Part shown: one piece after another, positions 60,125-64,000 of the stretch | How the letters are laid out: every line of letters starts with the position of its first letter | Position numbering within the stretch: position 1 is the stretch's first letter | Assembly (NCBI GenBank): GCA_963662465.1 | Contig: OY759599.1 | Coordinates: forward strand, 1,920,001-1,984,000 | Origin: Desulfatiglandales bacterium | GTDB lineage: Bacteria > Desulfobacterota > DSM-4660 > Desulfatiglandales > Desulfatiglandaceae | Direction: 5' to 3' | DNA: 64,000 nucleotides | Program-made: the position numbers and the translations under genes | The notes under the pieces: generated by a model | Database searches by the model: none | Told to the model about the DNA's origin: nothing | The model's input: the letters and a program-made list of their open reading frames with translations, nothing else

Positions 60125-60673
60125 TCAGGGCGTATAGAGTACCACCAGAAGTTCCGCCGTTTCCGAGCTGATATTCTTCAGTTTGTGAACAATGGAAGAA
60201 TCAAAATGAAGGCTATCCCCGGGACCCAGAATATTCTGATTCTCTCCCACCATCACCTCGATCTTACCCTTGAGTACATACTGGAATTCCTCTCCCACAT
60301 GCTGGTATCCCACGGGCTTGTGCTCGGATTTGGGATCAATCAATACCTTGAAGGCTTTCAAGCGCTTGTGCCTCGCTTCAGGGGTCAGGGTTTCGTAGCT
60401 GTACTCCTCGGTGCGCTTCTGATATCCTTCCGCTGATTTTTCGCCGGCCCTCTTTTTTTCCTCCCGGAGCAGAATACTCGAATCCACTTCGAGGGCTTTC
60501 GATAGTTGAAGGATTACCGAAACCGGCGGCATCACCTCTCCCTTTTCCACCTGGGAGATAAACCCAGGCTTCAGCCCCGTTTCATTGGCCAGGTGCTTGA
60601 GGGTGAGCTTTTTATCTTTCCTCAACTTCATGAGGCGTTTTCCGATGGACTGGTCTTTTTTTCCACTCGGCAT
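60125..60673 (-). CDS. XRE-HTH/cupin transcriptional regulator
   Basis: LTLKHLANETGL..ISQVEKG; H.GEEFQYVLKG..GDSLHFDS..H. Confidence 0.9.
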   Translation of the reverse strand: MPSGKKDQSIGKRLMKLRKDKKLTLKHLANETGLKPGFISQVEKGEVMPPVSVILQLSKALEVDSSILLREEKKRAGEKSAEGYQKRTEEYSYETLTPEARHKRLKAFKVLIDPKSEHKPVGYQHVGEEFQYVLKGKIEVMVGENQNILGPGDSLHFDSSIVHKLKNISSETAELLVVLYTP

Positions 60674-60692
60674 GGATACCCTCCTTTCGTCT

Positions 60693-60929
60693 TCATTCAT
60701 CAACGTTGTTTTTGGAAAGTCTGAAAGCTTTTACCATTCGCAAAACAAAACCCAGCACCAGGGTGGCGCTGATGAGAATCATGAGATTGGAAGCAAAAAA
60801 AGCCATGATAAAAGAATAGGGATTCCCAAGTTTATAGGCGGATATGAGCATCAGAATCCCGAAAACCAGAAAAAAACAACCCACAAGGATCAAAAGAAGC
60901 TGACGCACCCACCAGAAAATACCGAACAT
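60693..60929 (-). CDS. Small two-TM membrane protein
   Basis: Two hydrophobic helices; fits the operon spacing. Confidence 0.65.
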   Translation of the reverse strand: MFGIFWWVRQLLLILVGCFFLVFGILMLISAYKLGNPYSFIMAFFASNLMILISATLVLGFVLRMVKAFRLSKNNVDE

Positions 60930-60957
60930 GAAGTTATCTTTTCCCTTAATAGACTGA

Positions 60958-61932
60958 CTATCCGTCGGCAGGAAGCCCGCCCAATGCGGGAAACACCAGG
61001 TTTTCACAGGCGGTATAGGGATCCAGGCGACCCTTCACAATCGCATCCACAGCACTATCAAAATCCCCACTTTCCGTCAGTTTATCCAGCACTTCCTCAA
61101 ACAACCGGGCCTTGATCATATCCACCAGCTCCTGGCGTACCCTGTCCGGGCTTCGCCTGGATTTAAGCCCCCCCGCTGATTGTTCCAGGTATTGGGCATG
61201 TTGATCGACCGCTTCCAGAAAATCGTCCACGCCCTTATCAAACACAGCTTCCACCTTGATGATGGGCGGTTTCCACAGACCTCTGTCAAATTTTCGCTGG
61301 TCCATCTCGATCATCAACCGCAGTTCATTGAGGGTTTTATCGCTCCCTTCGCGGTCGCTTTTGTTGATCAGAAAGATATCGCCCACTTCCAGAATTCCCG
61401 CCTTGATGGCTTGAATATCGTCTCCCATGCCGGGAACCACCACAATCACCGTGGTATGGGCGCTCCGCACCACATCCACTTCATCCTGACCTACCCCCAC
61501 GGTTTCCACCAGGATCACGTCCTTGCCCATGGCATCCAGAATGTCAATGGCGCTTCGGGTGGACTGGGTCAATCCGCCGAAATGACCCCGGGTGGCAAGG
61601 GATCGGATAAAGACCCCCGAATCCATACTGTGTCGCTGCATGCGAACCCGGTCCCCCAAAATCGCCCCCCCGCTGAAAGGACTGGTGGGATCCACCGCCA
61701 GAACCCCCACGGTTTTCCCCCGCTTTCTCAGATGGGCCAGCATCTGATCCACCAGGGTACTCTTTCCCACGCCCGGCGCGCCGGTGATGCCGATAACGTA
61801 AGCCCGCCCCGTATGGGGATAAAGCGCTTTTAAAACATCCCGCACCTCGGGCATGCCATCGTCCACATCGCGAATAAGACGGGCCACGGCCCGCACATCG
61901 CCGCTGGTTACTTTTTCAACCAAATCTTTCAT
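60958..61932 (-). CDS. meaB: Acyl-CoA mutase-associated GTPase
   Basis: GITGAPGVGKST, VDPTSPFSGGAILGDRVRM, ETVGVGQ, NKSD. Confidence 0.95.
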   Translation of the reverse strand: MKDLVEKVTSGDVRAVARLIRDVDDGMPEVRDVLKALYPHTGRAYVIGITGAPGVGKSTLVDQMLAHLRKRGKTVGVLAVDPTSPFSGGAILGDRVRMQRHSMDSGVFIRSLATRGHFGGLTQSTRSAIDILDAMGKDVILVETVGVGQDEVDVVRSAHTTVIVVVPGMGDDIQAIKAGILEVGDIFLINKSDREGSDKTLNELRLMIEMDQRKFDRGLWKPPIIKVEAVFDKGVDDFLEAVDQHAQYLEQSAGGLKSRRSPDRVRQELVDMIKARLFEEVLDKLTESGDFDSAVDAIVKGRLDPYTACENLVFPALGGLPADG

Positions 61933-61950
61933 GGTATATGCCTTTTTTAT

Positions 61951-62075
61951 CTAAGGCGGAAAACCGCAGTTTTAAGTTTTAGGTTTTAAGTTATCCTAAT
62001 CAATGAATTGCTTGTTTTTAACTTAAAACTTAAAACTTAAAACCGTGTCTGAACGGGCTTTTCGTTCAGACACTA
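61951..62075 (-). repeat. Complete ~125 bp family A element
   Basis: TAG-hairpin-(GTTTTAA)3-core-(TTAAAAC)3-small hairpin-TAG; the first TAG is the stop of the upstream gene. Confidence 0.85.
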
Positions 62076-62477
62076 TCTAGGCGTCACGTTTTCCCGCACC
62101 CATTTGACAATTTCATCCATGGTGGTTCCCGGCGTAAAGATCTCCTTGACCCCGGCCGCTTTAAGCCTTGCGATATCATCATCGGGAATAATGCCGCCGC
62201 CGCACACCACAATATCATCGGCGCCCTTTTCCCGCAGAAGATCCAAAACCGCCTGGAACAGATACTTGTGGGCCCCGGCCAGACTGGACAGACCGATCAT
62301 GTCCACGTCTTCCTGGATAGCCGCCTCCACGATCTCCTCGGGCGTCTGGTGAAGCCCCGTATAGACCACCTCAAACCCCGCATCGCGGTAGGCCCGCGCA
62401 ATGATTCTCGCTCCCCGGTCATGCCCATCCAATCCGGGCTTGGCAACCATTACCCTGACTCTTCGTTCGCGTTTCAT
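62073..62477 (-). CDS. Cobalamin-binding small subunit of acyl-CoA mutase
   Basis: [10 protein letters not shown] (DxHxxG), GLSSL, GGIIP. Confidence 0.93.
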   Translation of the reverse strand: MKRERRVRVMVAKPGLDGHDRGARIIARAYRDAGFEVVYTGLHQTPEEIVEAAIQEDVDMIGLSSLAGAHKYLFQAVLDLLREKGADDIVVCGGGIIPDDDIARLKAAGVKEIFTPGTTMDEIVKWVRENVTPR

Positions 62478-62489
62478 AGTTTCCTCTCT

Positions 62490-64000
62490 CTAGTAAATCC
62501 CCGGATCGCGGTAAGAACCATACACATCCCTGAAAACGTCGCAAACTTCCTGAAGCGTAGCGCCGGATTTAACCGCATCGATGAGCGGTTCCATCACATT
62601 TTCACTCCCCGAGCAGGCCTCCCCCACCCTTTCAAGACAACGGGCCACCTCCGGGGCCTTGCGATTCTCCTTGACCCGGTTGGTTTTTTCAATCTGCTGC
62701 GCTTCCAGTTCCTCGTCGATTTCCAGCACCTCCACGGGGATGTCTTCTTCCTCGATAGCGTACTTGTTCACTCCCACCACAGTCTTTTCGCCATTATCGA
62801 TCTGCTTCTGATAGTGATAGGCCGCATCGGCAATTTCCAACTGGGGGTAATTACGTTCGATGGCAGCCAGCATGCCCCCCATATCATCAATTTTCTGAAT
62901 AATTTCAAAAGCCGCCTCTTCCATCTCGTTGGTCAGCTTTTCCACGAAATAGCTTCCCCCCAGGGGGTCGATGGTATTGGCAACGCCCGATTCTTCCGCA
63001 ATGATCTGCTGGGTCCGGAGCGCGATGGTGGCGGCCTCCTCCGTGGGAATGGCCAGCACCTCGTCCAAAGAATTGGTATGGAGCGACTGGGTGCCCCCCA
63101 TGACGGCAGCCAGACCCTGGAGTGCAGTTCTCACCACATTGTTATAGGGCTGCTGCGCCGTGAGGGAACAGCCCGCCGTCTGGGTGTGAAACCGCATCCA
63201 CAAGGACCGCGGGTCTTTTGCCTTGAAGCGATCTTTCATGATCCGGGCCCACATGCGCCGGGCCGCGCGAAATTTGGCTACCTCTTCGAAGAAATCCAGG
63301 TGGGAGTTGAAGAAGAAGGAAAATCGCGGTGCAAACTGGTCCACATGCAGCCCCCGTTCCAGAGCCTTTTCCGTGTAGGCGATGCCGTCGGCCAGGGTAA
63401 AAGCCAATTCCTGCACCGCCGTTGAGCCCGCCTCCCGAATATGGTAGCCGCTGATGCTGATGGTATTCCATCTCGGCACCTGGCGGGTGCCGAATTCCAC
63501 AGTGTCCGTCACGATGCGAACGGACGGTTCAGGCGGACACATAAAGGTTTTCTGGGCCACGAACTCCTTCAGCATATCGTTCTGGATGGTGCCGCCCAGG
63601 ATTTTTCGGTCGATCCCGCGGTTTTCCGCCATGGCGATATACATGGCCCAGACAACAGCAGCGGGCGGATTGATGGTCATGGAGGTGGTGATCTGGTCGA
63701 TGGGAAGCCCCGCAAACAGGTCCTCCATGTCTTTCAGGGTATCAATGGCCACGCCGCACTTGCCGCACTCGCCCCTGGCCTTTGGGGAATCCGAGTCGTA
63801 TCCCATCAGGGTGGGCATGTCAAAGGCCGTGGAAAGACCGGTCTGGCCTTCACGAACCAGGAGATGAAAGCGTTTGTTGGTGTCCGCGGCACTGCCCAGG
63901 CCCGCGAACATGCGCATGGTCCAGAGACGGCCCCGATACATGGAGGGCTGTACCCCCCGGGTATAGGGATAGTCGCCGGGGAACCCGATATCCGCGGCAA
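62490..64000 (-). CDS. Acyl-CoA mutase large subunit, isobutyryl-CoA-mutase-like (5' end outside window)
   Basis: Frame open to the window edge ([11 protein letters not shown]), [36 protein letters not shown]. Confidence 0.9.
   Translation of the reverse strand, partial: AADIGFPGDYPYTRGVQPSMYRGRLWTMRMFAGLGSAADTNKRFHLLVREGQTGLSTAFDMPTLMGYDSDSPKARGECGKCGVAIDTLKDMEDLFAGLPIDQITTSMTINPPAAVVWAMYIAMAENRGIDRKILGGTIQNDMLKEFVAQKTFMCPPEPSVRIVTDTVEFGTRQVPRWNTISISGYHIREAGSTAVQELAFTLADGIAYTEKALERGLHVDQFAPRFSFFFNSHLDFFEEVAKFRAARRMWARIMKDRFKAKDPRSLWMRFHTQTAGCSLTAQQPYNNVVRTALQGLAAVMGGTQSLHTNSLDEVLAIPTEEAATIALRTQQIIAEESGVANTIDPLGGSYFVEKLTNEMEEAAFEIIQKIDDMGGMLAAIERNYPQLEIADAAYHYQKQIDNGEKTVVGVNKYAIEEEDIPVEVLEIDEELEAQQIEKTNRVKENRKAPEVARCLERVGEACSGSENVMEPLIDAVKSGATLQEVCDVFRDVYGSYRDPGIY

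Overview
Chromosomal window from an anaerobic, selenocysteine-using bacterium, most likely Desulfobacterota/Deltaproteobacteria (inferred from Ahb haem genes, Mop-type aldehyde oxidoreductase, Sec-formate dehydrogenase and sigma54 regulator). Left: ahbD-(inserted ATPase)-ahbA, NtrC-type regulator, Usp, ScpB, then a minus-strand Sec-FDH / unknown gene / aldehyde oxidoreductase unit divergent from a TOBE-less ModE gene with two palindromic boxes. About 12-28 kb is accessory DNA: a GNAT/deacetylase/GT4 trio, toxin-antitoxin pairs, several internally deleted gene remnants, adenine deaminase and a second xanthine-oxidase-family enzyme. About 28.5-57 kb holds two convergent signalling clusters: a CheR-CheB-coiled-coil kinase-REC-KaiB-HD-GYP module and a Wsp/Frz-like Che operon ending in kinase-REC-(SBP, MCP)-KaiB-GGDEF. 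They share paralogous kinase, REC, KaiB and PAS parts, and no kaiC is present in the window; this KaiB-linked push-pull c-di-GMP arrangement is the best candidate for an undescribed system. The right end has an acyl-CoA dehydrogenase, MeaB and a B12 mutase with isobutyryl-CoA-mutase signature residues. Several dispersed heptamer-repeat/hairpin elements occur, often abutting stop codons. No rRNA, tRNA or CRISPR array was seen. All calls rest on motif recognition; no searches were run.
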